The notes beneath the pieces were generated by a model, which did not search any database, had not been told where the DNA came from, and worked only from the letters and a program-made list of their open reading frames with translations. From contig NC_052147.1 of assembly GCF_902713615.1 (NCBI RefSeq), forward strand, positions 78,704,091 through 78,768,090: 64,000 nucleotides of DNA, in the 5' to 3' direction. Position numbers and translations under genes: made by a program. Position 1 is the first letter of the stretch; each line of letters begins with the position of its first letter. Origin of the DNA: Scyliorhinus canicula (taxonomy: Eukaryota). Below, one piece after another: positions 24,462-36,770 of the stretch.

Positions 24462-24740
24462 CGTCAAAAATACCAGTATAAGTGAAGACCAACAATTAAT
24501 ACTGTATGAAAAGAAAATGCTGATTAGTTGGAAAGTGGGTTATGATTGGTAGAGGTGTTGCCATGCAGAATGCACCAGTTGATGGTAACTGACAGATAAC
24601 TGCAAAATGTTTGAAATTTAAACCAGGCAGCTTGATCCTGATTCGTTATGGCATTTCCCTTGGGAATGTATCAGCGAATGGCTGTCTATTATTTTGATCA
24701 GCTGAACAGACGTAATGTGTGTACATGTTCTTTCTGTCTA

Positions 24741-24992
24741 AGTTTATAGGAGATGTGCGAGGCATGTTTTTTACGCAGAGGGTGGCGAGTGCCTGGAACG
24801 CGTTGCCAGGGGAGATTGTGGAAGCAGATACATTAACGGCATACAAAAGGCAACTTGACAAACACATGGATAGGATGGGCATAGAGCGATACGGCACAAG
24901 GAAATGCTGAGAGTTTTGGCAAAGGTTGGTATCATGACTGGTACAGGCTTGGAGGGCTGAAGGGCCTGTTCCTGTGCTGTATTGGTCTTTGT
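24741..24992 (+). mobile_element. CR1 3' fragment
   Basis: FFTQRVASAWNALP..LDKHM, followed by the GAAGGGCCTGTTCCTGTGCTGTA tail. Confidence 0.88.
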
Positions 24993-25072
24993 CTGTAAAG
25001 AATTGGGCCTTGTGTATCAATACATTTTTGCTATCAGTACATGCAAATGTGTCATACTGTGAGCCCGATTGA

Positions 25073-25385
25073 CCATAGAATCCCTACAGTGCAGACAGAA
25101 GCCATTCGGCCCATCGAGTCTGCACCCACCCTCCGAAAGTGTACTCTACCCAGACCCAATCCCTGTAGCCCTGTAACCCCATCTAACATTTGGACACTTT
25201 GGAAATTTGGAATCCACTTAACCTGCACATCTTTGGATTGTGGGAGGAAACTGGAACACCCAGAGGAAACCCATGCAGACACGGGGAGAACATACAAACT
25301 CCGCACAGACAGGAACTCCGAACAGTCACCTGGGGTCAGAATCAAACCCAGGTCCCTGGCGCTGTGAGGCAGCAGTGTTAACCAC
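25073..25385 (-). mobile_element. HE1/V-SINE
   Basis: CATAGAATCCCTACAGTGCAG tail, V-core and tRNA head in reverse. Confidence 0.85.
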
Positions 25386-25526
25386 AGTGTCTGTCGCTCA
25401 CCATCAACTGGTACATTCTCCATGGCAATGCCTCTACCAATCAGAGTCCAGTTGCCAACCAACAAGCATTCTCTTTCCATACAGTATAAATTGCTGTCTT
25501 TCCATGATGCTGGTATTCATGTGAAC

Positions 25527-25560
25527 TGTCCTGATGAATGCAAGATGAAAAGCTTTGACA
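25527..25560 (+). ncRNA. Minimal type I hammerhead ribozyme motif
   Basis: TGTC-CTGATGA-AT-GCAAG-AT-GAAA-AGCT-TT-GACA: stem I TGTC/GACA, conserved core boxes, palindromic stem III (AAGCTT). Confidence 0.7.
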
Positions 25561-26259
25561 TGTTGTTCTTTGTCCTTATGTCTCTTTTTTTTCAATAATG
25601 ATATTTTAATTGTTAGCTGAAGCACTTTTACCTTCTGAGATGCAGTAAAACAATGCAAACTTCAGACCCATTTGTAAATATTATTTCTCAGATATTCAAA
25701 CATTCTCCTAAATTTCCTTTGCTTCCCCTTGTTTTTGGGACCCCCAGTACCTTGGACCTGTCATTATGCCATGATGGTAGATGGGGCAGTCTGTCTTTAG
25801 GCGGTGACAGTGCTGTTTACAACGAGTTCATCCATTCTGTTCCCAATGCGCAAGTTTTTAATCTCTATTTGGCAGCCCTCCACAATGGTACCATTGAGAC
25901 TGGGAACTCTCAGTCTATTGAAAATTGAACATACTTTGACTCACCATTCTGCAAACAAAGTGCTGGAATCTGGTATCAACAAAACATCAGTATTATTATG
26001 CTGCTATTGTTAAAGTCAGACCTCAAAATGCTGTTGGCTTTATTTGAGTAAAAGGAAACTTGTTTCTGTGAGGAAAATCCAATTGGTGAGTTTACCCTGG
26101 GCTACTTGTGGACATGTACAAATAGGAACATCTCTCAACTATACACTTAAGGATCTTTCAAACTATCTGAGGGGAATACGTTGCACTGAATGACATTCTT
26201 CTATGAAGCTTATTTTGCATATATTTGCAGTGTTCTCCTGTAGTTGGCTGTATACTCAC

Positions 26260-26366
26260 AATCCAAGTGACTGTGCCTGATTCCTTCTACATCTTCAGCA
26301 TGAATGAAGTAATAGCATCTTTTACCCACAATATCTACAGGAGTTAAATCCATATAGTCGCTAATC
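26260..26366 (-). CDS. NPAS3: NPAS3 internal coding exon (107 bp; PAS-B)
   Basis: Not in the ORF track; read by hand. Acceptor ctgtAG (26368-26367), donor GTgag (26259). Encodes (R)[35 protein letters not shown](L) and joins both neighbouring exons in frame. Confidence 0.95.
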
Positions 26367-26871
26367 CTACAGGATACAGAAGCATAAATGAATCAATATC
26401 AAACATCATAACATGGTTCCTGAGGAAATAACTTGAAATTACAGTATGGTAAAATAGCCTATTTTAATATATTGCACACCAATTTGCCATTGCAAAAAAT
26501 AGACAACGGATAGGGAGGGAGTTGTGGTTGCAAAATATAAACAGCTGACATAGGCACATAATAATTGGTTTGTTCTCCCACTCTTCTCCTTTCCCAATTT
26601 GAGCACAGTTGTATGTAGTGGCACCAAGTGGGGATCAGGCAACTTCCTGCATGACAGAGAGGAAAACATTGCATGCATTTCCACCAGGCAGCTGTTGGAG
26701 AGGTCCAGTGGTCAGTCATGAAGTGCCAGTGACTATGGGTGGCCCACACACTTGAAACATGAGGCTTGGGCTGGATCATCAAGCAAAGGAAATGAAAAAG
26801 AAGGGAGCTACAGACCCTCATTAAAAAAAAGGAACATAAAATACCAATAAATGAAAGACATGACTGCTTAC

Positions 26872-27065
26872 CGGTTTTCACAGTAAATAATATTGAGGTC
26901 CATATTGACTCTGGTGACAAACATTTGGCAGTCAATCCTGACTTCATTAATAGTAGGAGGAGGCAAAGCGTGAGCCACAACTACTAGACCTATGATATGA
27001 GTAGGAAGCACGCGTCCATGTGAAAGAGAAACTCTCAACCGTAACCGTCCAGTTACGTGAATGAC
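26872..27065 (-). CDS. NPAS3: NPAS3 internal coding exon (194 bp; end of PAS-A, linker, start of PAS-B)
   Basis: Acceptor tttcAG (27067-27066) and donor GTaag (26871). Encodes [64 protein letters not shown](R), recognisable as NPAS3. Phase 0 start, phase 2 end. Confidence 0.95.
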
Positions 27066-28044
27066 CTGAAACACAGCAACAGCATCACAAAGTGTAAATG
27101 TTAATAGTCTGCCAGTTTATCAATGTTGAAGAGTGGCTACTTTCAATATAATGCGTAATAATAGGATTATATTTCTCCTTGTATATCTGAATTCTTAATG
27201 TACAATAAAGGGACACAATAATAATGACCGTGGTGTTGATGCTAATAATCTTGTAATAGTATGAACATGAAGTAAGATGGAGAAATAAATAGGGTCCAAT
27301 ATTATTACGATCAATAACTATCAAAAGGAAAACAAGTAGTGTTGGATTTTAGGAAGTGCTCATATATTGTTTATTAATGTCTAACACTTCTCTGACAATT
27401 CAAATCATTTCAAAAATGGATTGAGAAACCTTAGGGAAAAGGCTGAAATAAATACATTTGTGCTTATTAAGACCTTGTTAACAGTTGATCAATGGGAACT
27501 TGTTCACAATTATGCACCAGTGGATGATTGCCGAAAAATGAACATTTAACATCAGGTCACATCTAGGTCTTGCAGCTTGTCAAGGAGGAATAATTTTAAG
27601 TATTACCCAGTCTTTCCCTATTACAATTCTGCAATAAACATGTCTTATCTTGGAGTTGCTTCCATGAAAGGTATTCTTACATGAATAGTTATTTGTTGGA
27701 TTCACAATACCCCACCAGCAGGAATGGTGGTTACTTTGAGTCTGGTTACCACCTTTCAATATGTCTGGCCTCGGTCACCTTAATAGGTGTTATTATATTA
27801 CCACAAGCATAGCTTAGGGAAATAGCAGCATGGAGGCCTTCTCAGAACAAAGTGAGTCCCGCGAAAAGAGGCATATTTTGGCCTGCAGTGTCTCCTGAAG
27901 GATATTTATGGACTGGTTCTTGGCTGCTGATTGAACTCGTGGCTCGCTTGTTGATTGGCTGTTGTTGTTTTCAGATTGACTGCTGCAGCCCATGGCCAAT
28001 TCACTGTGGTTTGGCTGGTTGCTGATGGGGGATGGGTAACTTCT

Positions 28045-28242
28045 AAAAGTAAAAGTAGAATTGCCATAGTCCCAGATGACCATAGACTGTTTTCCCATTT
28101 GAGGGGGGAGAGCTGACTGGTGGTGATTTAACCTGAGGATCACCACACCTCAGGTGAGGTTGAGAAGGTGGGGCCTTCATGAATAACTGCAGCTGGTACA
28201 GGAATTGAACCCATGCTGGTGGACCTCAGCCAACTGAGCTAA
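28045..28242 (-). mobile_element. Short tRNA-derived SINE with a distinct tail
   Basis: Head similar to 6548-6724 (GGAATTGAACCCATGCTG..CTGAGCTAA on +), with (TACTTT)n end. Confidence 0.6.
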
Positions 28243-28254
28243 GTTACCACATTC

Positions 28255-31200
28255 TTTTGGCGGTGAGAATATAAAAATGAGCTTCAGCACGCTCTAAACA
28301 AGTTTTGCTCAGTTACCGACAGAAAGCAAGTTAGCAGCACCATGGCTATGATTGGGTCTATCAGTGAGTTTAATGGAAGAGAACGAACACTGGACTGAAT
28401 AGGTGGAAAGGTTGGAACACGTTTTCTTGGCAAATAGGATCGTAGACGAGGCTAGAAAGTACTCTATTCTCCTGAGTGTGTGTGGGGCGGAGACTTACAA
28501 CATAGTGAGGAATTTTAGTTACACCATGGAACCAGGGGACATTTAGTTTGCGGATTTAGTTACACTCGCTCAGAATCACCACAATCCTAGACCCTCAGTA
28601 ATTGTACAATGTTTCAAATTCCATTGTCATTTTCGATAGATGGGATAGTTTGTAGTTAACATTGGTGTTGAATTACTTCAGCTCTCTGAACATTGTGAGT
28701 TTTGGAAGACATTCTTCAAGACAGACTAGTTTGTGGCATTAATGAGGACAGCATTCAGCAGCATTTGCTTGGAGAAGTCACACGTACTTTGAAGAAGGCT
28801 CTACAAATTTCTCAGGGCATGAAAATGGCTGCCAATAATGTAAAAGATATTCAGAAGGCCAATATTGGCACGCAGGCAGGCGCACTGCATCAAGTAGAAA
28901 AAAGAAACTGCAAGGAAAAAGGTGAAGAAAGTGGAGTGTTTTGACACTATGAGAATCATTGCAAGTCTATGGACACTGTTTGTCACCACTGCAACAAGAA
29001 GAGGCATTTAGCGAAGAAGTGGCAGGATGCTTAGTGAAAGTCAAGGCTGAGCAGAGAGCTTCAAATGTAAGGAAGCCTCAGTCAATGGTACATCACTTGG
29101 AAAGCTCAGGGAGAGGAGCACTATTGCGACATGTTTAATATGAGTGCGGGGCCTGCAGAGCCTATTTATGCGACAGTGAAAGCCGATGGCTATAAAATCA
29201 ATATAGATGAAGACACAGGAGCCTCTGCATCGCGAATCAATGAGACCACCCCCCAGGATGATTTGGGGCTCGAAGCAGACACCAGCCCTCACTCAGGCAA
29301 GAATCAACCTTCGGACATATACCAGCGAGACTATATCATTGCTTGGAGCGTTAGAGGTAGATATTGTTTATAACAACCAAGAAGCAAGAGCATGGCTCCT
29401 GGTAGTAAAAGGCTTCGTCTACCTGGGCGTGACTGGCTCAGTTGAACCAGGGTGAGATAAAGTGACAGAGGACGTCATTCAGAAATATCCAGAGGTTTCC
29501 AAAGATGAACTAGGTATATTGTAGGGTACAACTGTTAAACTGTCTATAGATCCTCAGGCTGCTCCTCGCTTTATCAAACTGAGGGTGGTGCCCTACACCA
29601 TGAAAGGCAAAGTGGAGGAGGAGTTGGAGTGGCTGAACAATCTAGGAATCAGTGAGCCCATTCAATTTTCACATTGGGCTGCTCCAATTGTTCCTGTTCT
29701 TGAAACTGATGGTACTGTGCACATATTTTTTTTTAAAATTTAGATTACCCAATTATTTTTTCCAATTAAGGGGCAATTTAGCATGGCCAATCCACCTACT
29801 CTGCACATTTTTGTGTTGTGGGGGCGAAACCCACGCAGACCCGGGGAGAATGTGCAAACTCCACACGGACAGTGACCCAGAGCCGGGATTGAACCTGGGA
29901 CCTCAGCGCCGTGAGGCGGTTGTGCTAACCACTAGGCCACCGTGCTGCCCGTACTGTGCACATATGTAGGGATTACAAACATACCATTAATAAAGTTTCC
30001 AAGCTGGGCACTTATCCATTGCCTCGGGGAGAAGATCTGCTTTCAACCCTTGCAGGAGGCACAATATTTTCAAAACAGGACATGAGCCAGGCCTATCAAC
30101 AACTCTTACTAGAGGAAGATGCAAAGCAGTACATGACCTTCAACATGCATAAAAGATTGTTCAAGTATATTTGTTTGGTTTTTGGTATATCCTCCAGTCT
30201 GGCAATCTTCCAAAGGAACGTGGATGACCTGTTACAAGGCATTCCTCATGTTCTAGTCCACTGAGATGACATTTTAATTTCAGGTAAGACTGAGGACGAG
30301 CACCTCAACAACCTGGATCGAGTTTTTAAAAAATGTTTTCAGAGGCCGGACTGCATCTCAAGCAGAGCAAGTGCACTTTTCAGGCATCAGGCGTAGGAGT
30401 ATCTAGGCCACACGATCACTATGCGAGACTTATTTCCTGTGGAAGCTAAAGTTTGAGCGATTAAGGGCGCTCCAGTGCCCAGGAATGTGGCCGAGATCGG
30501 GTCATCTGTAGGTTTGATAAACTATTATGGAAAGCTTTTGCCAGACCTTTCTACAGTGCTTGCTCCACTGTACCTACTTCTGCACAAAGAAACCAAATGG
30601 ACAGTGGAAGGCTTTCAAAGACGTGAAAGTGCTGCTGCAATCAAAAAATCTGCTAGTCCATTTTGATCCAGATGTTATGCGCTGCCTTACCCCACGGTGT
30701 GTGTGTGTGTGGTGGGGCGGGGGCAGTAATTTCTCATGTAATGGAGGACGGTTCTGAAAAACCCATTGGCATCTAAAACACTGACAAAGGCTGAAAAGGG
30801 ATATTCACAGTTGGAAAAAAAGGTCCAGCTATTGTTTTTACGGTAAAAAGATTCCATCAGTACCTCTATGACCTTTTCTTCACCATAAATGCTGGCCACA
30901 CTCCGTTGATGAGCTTTTTTCAGTGAGTCAAAATTTTTTCCTCCCATGGCCTCAGCAAGAAGACAGTGCTTACACTGTCAGGGTTTCAGTACAGTATCGT
31001 ATACAGGGCAGGAAGGACAGTGCTAATGTGGACGTGTTAAGTCATCTCCCTTCACCCGATTTGCCAACCCAGGTACTGTGTCCTCCTGAAATGATTTTCT
31101 TCCCAGATACTTGACCAATCTCCAATGAGTGCTAAATAAATTAAGCAGTGGATGGACAGAGATCCTATTCTGTCACAAGTCAAAGAGTTCTGATGGGAGA

Positions 31201-31366
31201 ATGGCCATCTATCATAGAAGCTGGATCAGGATTTGGAGAACAAAGTAAAATACTGTTCTGCGTGTCAAATCTAAACAGAATATGGCACCACTAGCATTAT
31301 TACATCCTGGAAATGGCCAGACTGTCCTAGGTCGAGAATTCATGTGGATTTTGCAGGTCCTTTCAG
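28255..31366 (+). mobile_element. Decayed Ty3/Gypsy retrotransposon internal region (gag-PR-RT-RH-partial IN)
   Basis: gag LQDRLVCGINEDSIQ; knuckle CHHCNKKRHL; protease DTGASAS; RT ICRDYK..YPLP..FSKQDMSQAYQQ..IFQR..DDILISG; RH GLINYYGK; IN RIHVDFAGPF. Many stops and frameshifts. Confidence 0.92.
29727..29950 (-). mobile_element. Short poly(A)-tailed V-SINE inserted in the Gypsy RT
   Basis: 15-bp TSD GTACTGTGCACATAT (29712-26 and 29951-65); almost identical to 58826-59050. Confidence 0.93.
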
Positions 31367-32623
31367 GAGCAATTCAGTCCTGCCAGCACACACAAGGCAC
31401 GATTCAGCGGACAAAGGTTTAAGCCCGTTTCTGAGCTAATTTGGAGGGGTGATTCTCGGCGGCTGTAGTGCTGAGAATCACCTTACTATTCAATGTCATT
31501 TTGCCATTTTTGTAGCCTCGAGGTGTTTCTCCATGCCAGGGCCACACTTCTTGATCCGACAGCAAGAATGGCTGGTTGCAGATTGGGGCGCCATTTTGAG
31601 CGACAGCCTCGATCTTTCTGTCCGCTTGCTTTCAGGCCCACCCACAACTTTGGGCCCCCCCCTCGCCCTCCAACCTGGTCAACGATATCACCCTCCTCCA
31701 ATTGGCAAGGCAGCCCCAAATTCCAACCCCTGTCAGTGCCAACCTGGCACCCGGGCACCATGGTACTGCCAGACTGGCACCCTGGCAGTTTTGGGCCCCA
31801 TATCTACTGGCCTTGGAAAGGGTCCAGAGGAGGTTCACAAGAATGATCCCTGGAATAAAGAAGTTGTCGTATGAGGAACGTTTGAGGACTCTGGGTCGTT
31901 GGAGTTTAGAAGGATGAGAGGGGATCTTATTGAAATTTACAATATACTGAGAGGCCTCGATAGAGTGGACGTGGAGAGGATGTTTCCACTTGTAGTAAAA
32001 ACTAGAATCAGAGGACACCATCTCAGATTAAAGGGACGATCCTTTAAAACAGAGATGAGGAGGAAATTCTTCAGCCAGGGGGTAGTGAATCTGTGGAACA
32101 CGTTGCCGCAGAAGGCTGTGGAGGCCAATTCACTGAGTGTCTTTAAGACAGAGATAGATAGGTTCTTGATTAATAAGGGGATCAGGTGTTATGGGGAGAA
32201 GGCAGGAGAATGGGGATGAGAAAATATCTGCCATGATTGAATGGCAGAGCAGACTCGATCAGCCAAGTGGCCTAATTCTGCTCCTATGTCTTATGGTCTG
32301 GGGAGTGCCAGGGTACCACCATGCCCTGTTCCTCACCACCCGGAGGTCTGTAATGCCCTGCAAGACTCCCCCCAATCCCCAAAAGCCGTTACGCCTGGCT
32401 CACATTTGTGTGGACCAATACAAATCGGCACCATTGCGAGGTCTCCCAGGCGCAGCCGTTGACTCCCGGTCGCCGGGTGAATCCGGCTCCTGGGTATTTA
32501 AATGAGCCATTAGGAACAAGCTGGGTGACTTGCAATAGACCTGGCTTGGAGCCGTTTGGGGCTCTCCAGGCACAGAGCGATTGCTGATTCATGTCTTTAG
32601 TCTCCCAAATGGAGAATCCTGCG
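31367..32623. mobile_element. Harbinger-type non-autonomous element(s) with a CR1 insertion
   Basis: TGGCA/TGCCA-rich core shared with family B; ends GGAGAATCCTGCG. Confidence 0.6.
31803..32297 (+). mobile_element. CR1 3' fragment
   Basis: ALERVQRRFTRMIPG..SYEERL; FFSQGVVNLWNTLP; tail TATGTCTTATGG. Confidence 0.92.
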
Positions 32624-32624
32624 A

Positions 32625-32715
32625 AATATCAAAAAGTGCTGGAAACACTCAGCAGGTCAGTCAGCACCTCTGGCAGAAAAAGTTATATTCAGGTCAATGA
32701 CCTTTCATCAGAATG
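32625..32715 (-). mobile_element. Penelope-like terminal fragment with hammerhead motif (second family)
   Basis: Minus strand 32712-32682 reads CTGATGA-A-AGGTCA-T-TGACCT-GAAT-ATAAC (GAAA box mutated). Confidence 0.6.
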
Positions 32716-33548
32716 TTCTCCATTGCCTCCATTAAATGCCACTCCTTGTTTGGGGCATTGGGAACTGTTTTGGTTTGGTCCCTAAATGCTAATTTAAAAT
32801 ATTATTCTACCATTGCTTATGACAATAGCACTCTCCATAGTTGACAACAGGGATATTTTGGCATTTGTAATTGTTAAGTATCTTATTTAGCTTTTTGAGA
32901 AAGTGGTAACTTATATTTATGTAATGCATTATTATGTGCCCAATATGTCATAACTATGAACAGAGTGGGGATGACAAGGCTTGTGTGCAATGAGGAACAA
33001 CTGCTAATTTGGGAATTTAGTGCAGAGGGGGAGAAGTTGCTGCTTTCTATAACATATATTCACCCTCCAGTAGCCTATGATTGTTCAAAGGTGATCGGTT
33101 GGTGAGATTTTAGATTTTATCCTTCTAAACAAAGGCAGTAATTTAAACCGGTACTAGGGAGACATAAAGACTGCGTTAAATTCATAACCACTCATTAAAC
33201 TACTTAACATAACCACAGATAACAGTTGAACGATATTTCTAAACTTAAAGCCTAATTCATAAAATATAACATAATAGAGATAGCAAGGAAGATGATGTGT
33301 TGCAGCTGTAGCATGTAGGTGCTGGTGGACAACAGAGTGATCCATGGCAACCATATCTATAGTACGTGCCTGCAACTCCAAGAATTTCGGCTCAGAATTG
33401 CTGTGCTGGAATCTGCTTTTTGGACAATGGAAAGGGGGAAAGTCACCTGAACACTTTAGACTTTATGGGCATCATAGTTCCAAGGCCCCATCCACCACTA
33501 AAACATTGGTGGGCAGTCTGCTCACAATCTTAATACCTGCCGTGACAA

Positions 33549-36500
33549 TTCTTCTCCTTTTTGGGCAGTCCCTCAGCATCGAGGATGACTTGCTTTCACT
33601 CTGGGGAGGTGGGTTCTGTGGTGGGTGAGTAGTCCAATCCTGAATCCGCAGACCCTGCCACAAGTTTGGCGGGTGGTGCTTGACGAGGTGGGCGGCTGGG
33701 AGTCTCTTTGCTCTCCTGCTGTTTACGCTTGGCCTCTGCATGCTCCACCCTACGAGGCTCGAGGTGATTGGTACCTTCATGGATACTACTTCTCCAGTTT
33801 GTGCATTCAAAGGCAAGCAATTGCCATGTGTCAATGGAGATGCTGTATTTATTTAGTGAGGCTTTCAGAGTGTCCTTGTAGCGTCCCCCCCCCCCCCCCC
33901 CCCCCTCCCAAGTGATCGCTTGCCATTGTGGAGCTTGGAGTAGACACGAGTCTTATGTTGGGCATGTGAACTATGTGGCCCAAGCGTGACCAGTGCCATG
34001 ATACTGGGGATGTTGGCTTGGGAGAGGATGCTCACGTTGGTACGTCTATGTTGCCAATGGATTTGCAGGATTTTGAAGAGGCAATATTGGTGATATCTCT
34101 CCAAGGATTAGAGATGTCTGCTGTATATTGCCCATGTTTCTGATCATGGCTGCTCTGTAGCTCATGAGCTGGGTGCTGGCTTTGAGGTCTCAGTCTTTGC
34201 ACACTCTGTTCCTCGGGCATCAGAAGACTACACTGCATTGGAGTTGATGCTGGATTTTGTCACCAATGTCTGCTTACAGTTTGAGGGGGCTTCCAAGGTC
34301 TGGGAAATGATCCACATTATCCAAGGGCTCACCATGACTTTGACGGTCAGAGGCAGTTTTGTGTGGCATGAACGGGCTGCAAGAGAACCTTTTTTTCCCC
34401 AAATGTTTAGTCCGAGGCCATTTCTCCCGAATACCTCGGTGAATGCACCGACGATGGTTTGTAGCTCGGCCTCTGAATATACACACACCCAGGTGTCAAC
34501 TGCATACTGCAGCTCGATTACAGAGGTTGGGATGGTCTTGGTTCTGGCCCAGAAGCATTGGAGATTGAACAGTTTCCCACTTGTCTGGTAGGTTAGCTCC
34601 TCTCCAGCAGGGAGCTTCAGGGTGGTGGGGTAGAATGTTTCTGTGAGGAAGATGGAGAAGAGCGTTGGTGCGATGTTGCAGCCCTGTTTGACCCCAGTTT
34701 GCACACTTATTAGGTCTGTGGTGGTTCCGCTGGTGAGGGCTATGGCTTTCATATCATCGTGGAGAAGGTAGAGAACGGTGACGAATTTCTTCAGGCAGCT
34801 GAATTTGAGGAGGATGCTCCACAATCCCTCACGGTTGACAGGGTCGAAGGATGTGCGAGATCGAAGGCCATATATAGAGGTTGATGCTGCTCCCCGCACT
34901 ATTCCTGGATTTGTCTTGTGCTGAAAATCGTGTCCATTGAGCCTTTTGACAGGCGAAAGCCACATCGAGACTCGGGGGGGGGGGGGGGGCTCTTCAGCCT
35001 CTGGGAGGAGGTGATTGAGGAGTATTCTTGTGATGACCTTTCCCGTGGTGGAGAGTAGGGAAATACCTCTGGAATTTCCACAGTCAGAACTGTCTCCTTT
35101 TTTGAAGATATTCACAATTAAGGCCTCTCTGACATCATCCAGCGTGCTCTCTTTCTTCCAGCCAAAGGTTGGGAATCCTTGTCAAAAGTGCCTCTCCACA
35201 GATTTGGGGCTGATACGGCTGAAGGTCATGTATAGAGCACACCTTACAAGGGCGAGGATGAGCCGGCTCTTTGAGGGGGTGGAAGATGTATGTGTACGTT
35301 GTAAACCACATTCATATGTTTTGGTTCTGTCCAAAGATGGAGGATTACTGGAAGGAGGTGTTTAGGGTAATCTCTAAAGTGGTGCACGTGAAAATGGACC
35401 CGGGCCCTGGGGAGGCCTATTCAGGTTGTCGGACCAGCCAGAGTTGGAAATGGGCGCGGAAGCAGATGTTGTAGCCTTCGTCTCGTTGATCGCCTGAAGG
35501 CGGATCCTGTTAGGGTGGAGATCAACGTCTCCACCCTGTACCCTGGCGTGGTGGGAGGACCTTCTGGAATTCTTGACGCTTGAAAAGGTCAAATTTGAAC
35601 TGAGGGAAAGGATGGAGGGATGCTAAAATTCATGGGCATTATTCATTATGCACTTTCGAGAATTGGATCACATCGAACATTAGGGGGGTTGGGGGCTGGG
35701 AGGGAGGGGAACTGTATGTGTTAATGGTGACTATGGGTGATTCCTGATTCCTCTTTGTCCTTTGTTTATGTTAACATGCGGGTTAATGTTTGGGGGTTTG
35801 GTGGGAGGATGGGATCATTGTTATTGATATGGGGATTGACATTACATGCGTTACTGATTATTGTTAATTGTTGGGTGTAAATTTGGGAGTAAATGTGAAA
35901 AAGGAGGAGAATAAAAAAACATATTTTTTAAAAAAGTGCCTCTCCACCGTATTTTAATACTTCTGCGGGGATTCCGTCTGTGCCAGAGGCCATGTTGTTT
36001 TTCAGATGTCGGATTGCCTTTCGACCTCATGACAAGCTGGGTTGTGCTGAGATCGTGGCAGGTAGCGTGTTGTGGGATGGTGTCAAGGTTATTTGTGTCA
36101 AAGGCTGTGCCTTGGTTGAGGAGGTCCTCAAATCACTCTCTCCAGTGGGCGTTCACTGCCTCGCCCTCTTTGATGAGGGCTTCTCTGTTTTTGGCTCTCA
36201 GTGGGGAGGGGTCCCTGGGTAGTCGGACCCTAGATGCTTTTAACTGGGCTGAAGTAGCCGCGCACATCGTGGTTGTCGGCGAGTTGCTGAGTCTCCTGCG
36301 CTCTTTCCACCCACCATCTGGTCTTTGGATCGTGAGTTCATTGTTGCACCTCGACCTTCAGTTTTCTGTAGGCTTGTTTCCTCTCACTGGAATTTTAGTG
36401 GAGCTGCCAGTTCAGGAACACCTTGCGTTTGCGGTCAAAGAGATCCTGGACCTCCTGATCATTCTCGTCAAACCAGTCTTGGTGTTTCCTGGTCAAGAGC

Positions 36501-36770
36501 TCCTTGCAGATGTTGACTATGGTGCCTTTTAAGGCAGACCGGCCGCTGTGAGCATTCTGCGGCTCTGGCTCGTTGGTTGTTATCAGGTTAGCTGTGAGGC
36601 ACCGACTGATTTGATCCATGGTTAGGGACAGGAAGGTGAAACTGTGAATTGGGGGATCGAGAAAGTTGCATTGGAGGAGCCTGAGAATCAGCAACTGTTC
36701 AACAGCTTTGAGGTGCTTGCAGCTTATGTGGACGAGACCTTGGACTGCGTAGTGGTCGAGCAAACAGATC
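33549..36770 (-). mobile_element. RTE-clade LINE, decayed
   Basis: IFKKGD..DCGN.RGISLLS..GKV, CGFR, GVKQGC..APTLFSIF, LQYA.D, HQDWFDEND; RTE-type 3' end (CAGTCCCTC..ATCGAGGATGACTTGCTT on +). Confidence 0.9.
35200..35931 (+). mobile_element. 5'-truncated L1/Tx1-clade LINE inside the RTE
   Basis: Same family as 12785-13904; 16-bp TSD AAAAGTGCCTCTCCAC (35184-99 and 35932-47). Confidence 0.92.

Larger units (their letters stand above)
24395..25600. mobile_element. Penelope-like remnant with inverted terminal repeat pair, each bearing a hammerhead motif; interrupted by CR1 and SINE
   Basis: About 24415-24590 and 25400-25595 are diverged inverted copies with CCAAT, TATA-like and CTGATGA..GCAAG..GAAAAGCTTTGACA motifs. 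Confidence 0.65.

Noticed and set aside
35936-36532. 198-aa hydrophobic ORF
   Set aside because: Antisense reading of the RTE ORF.
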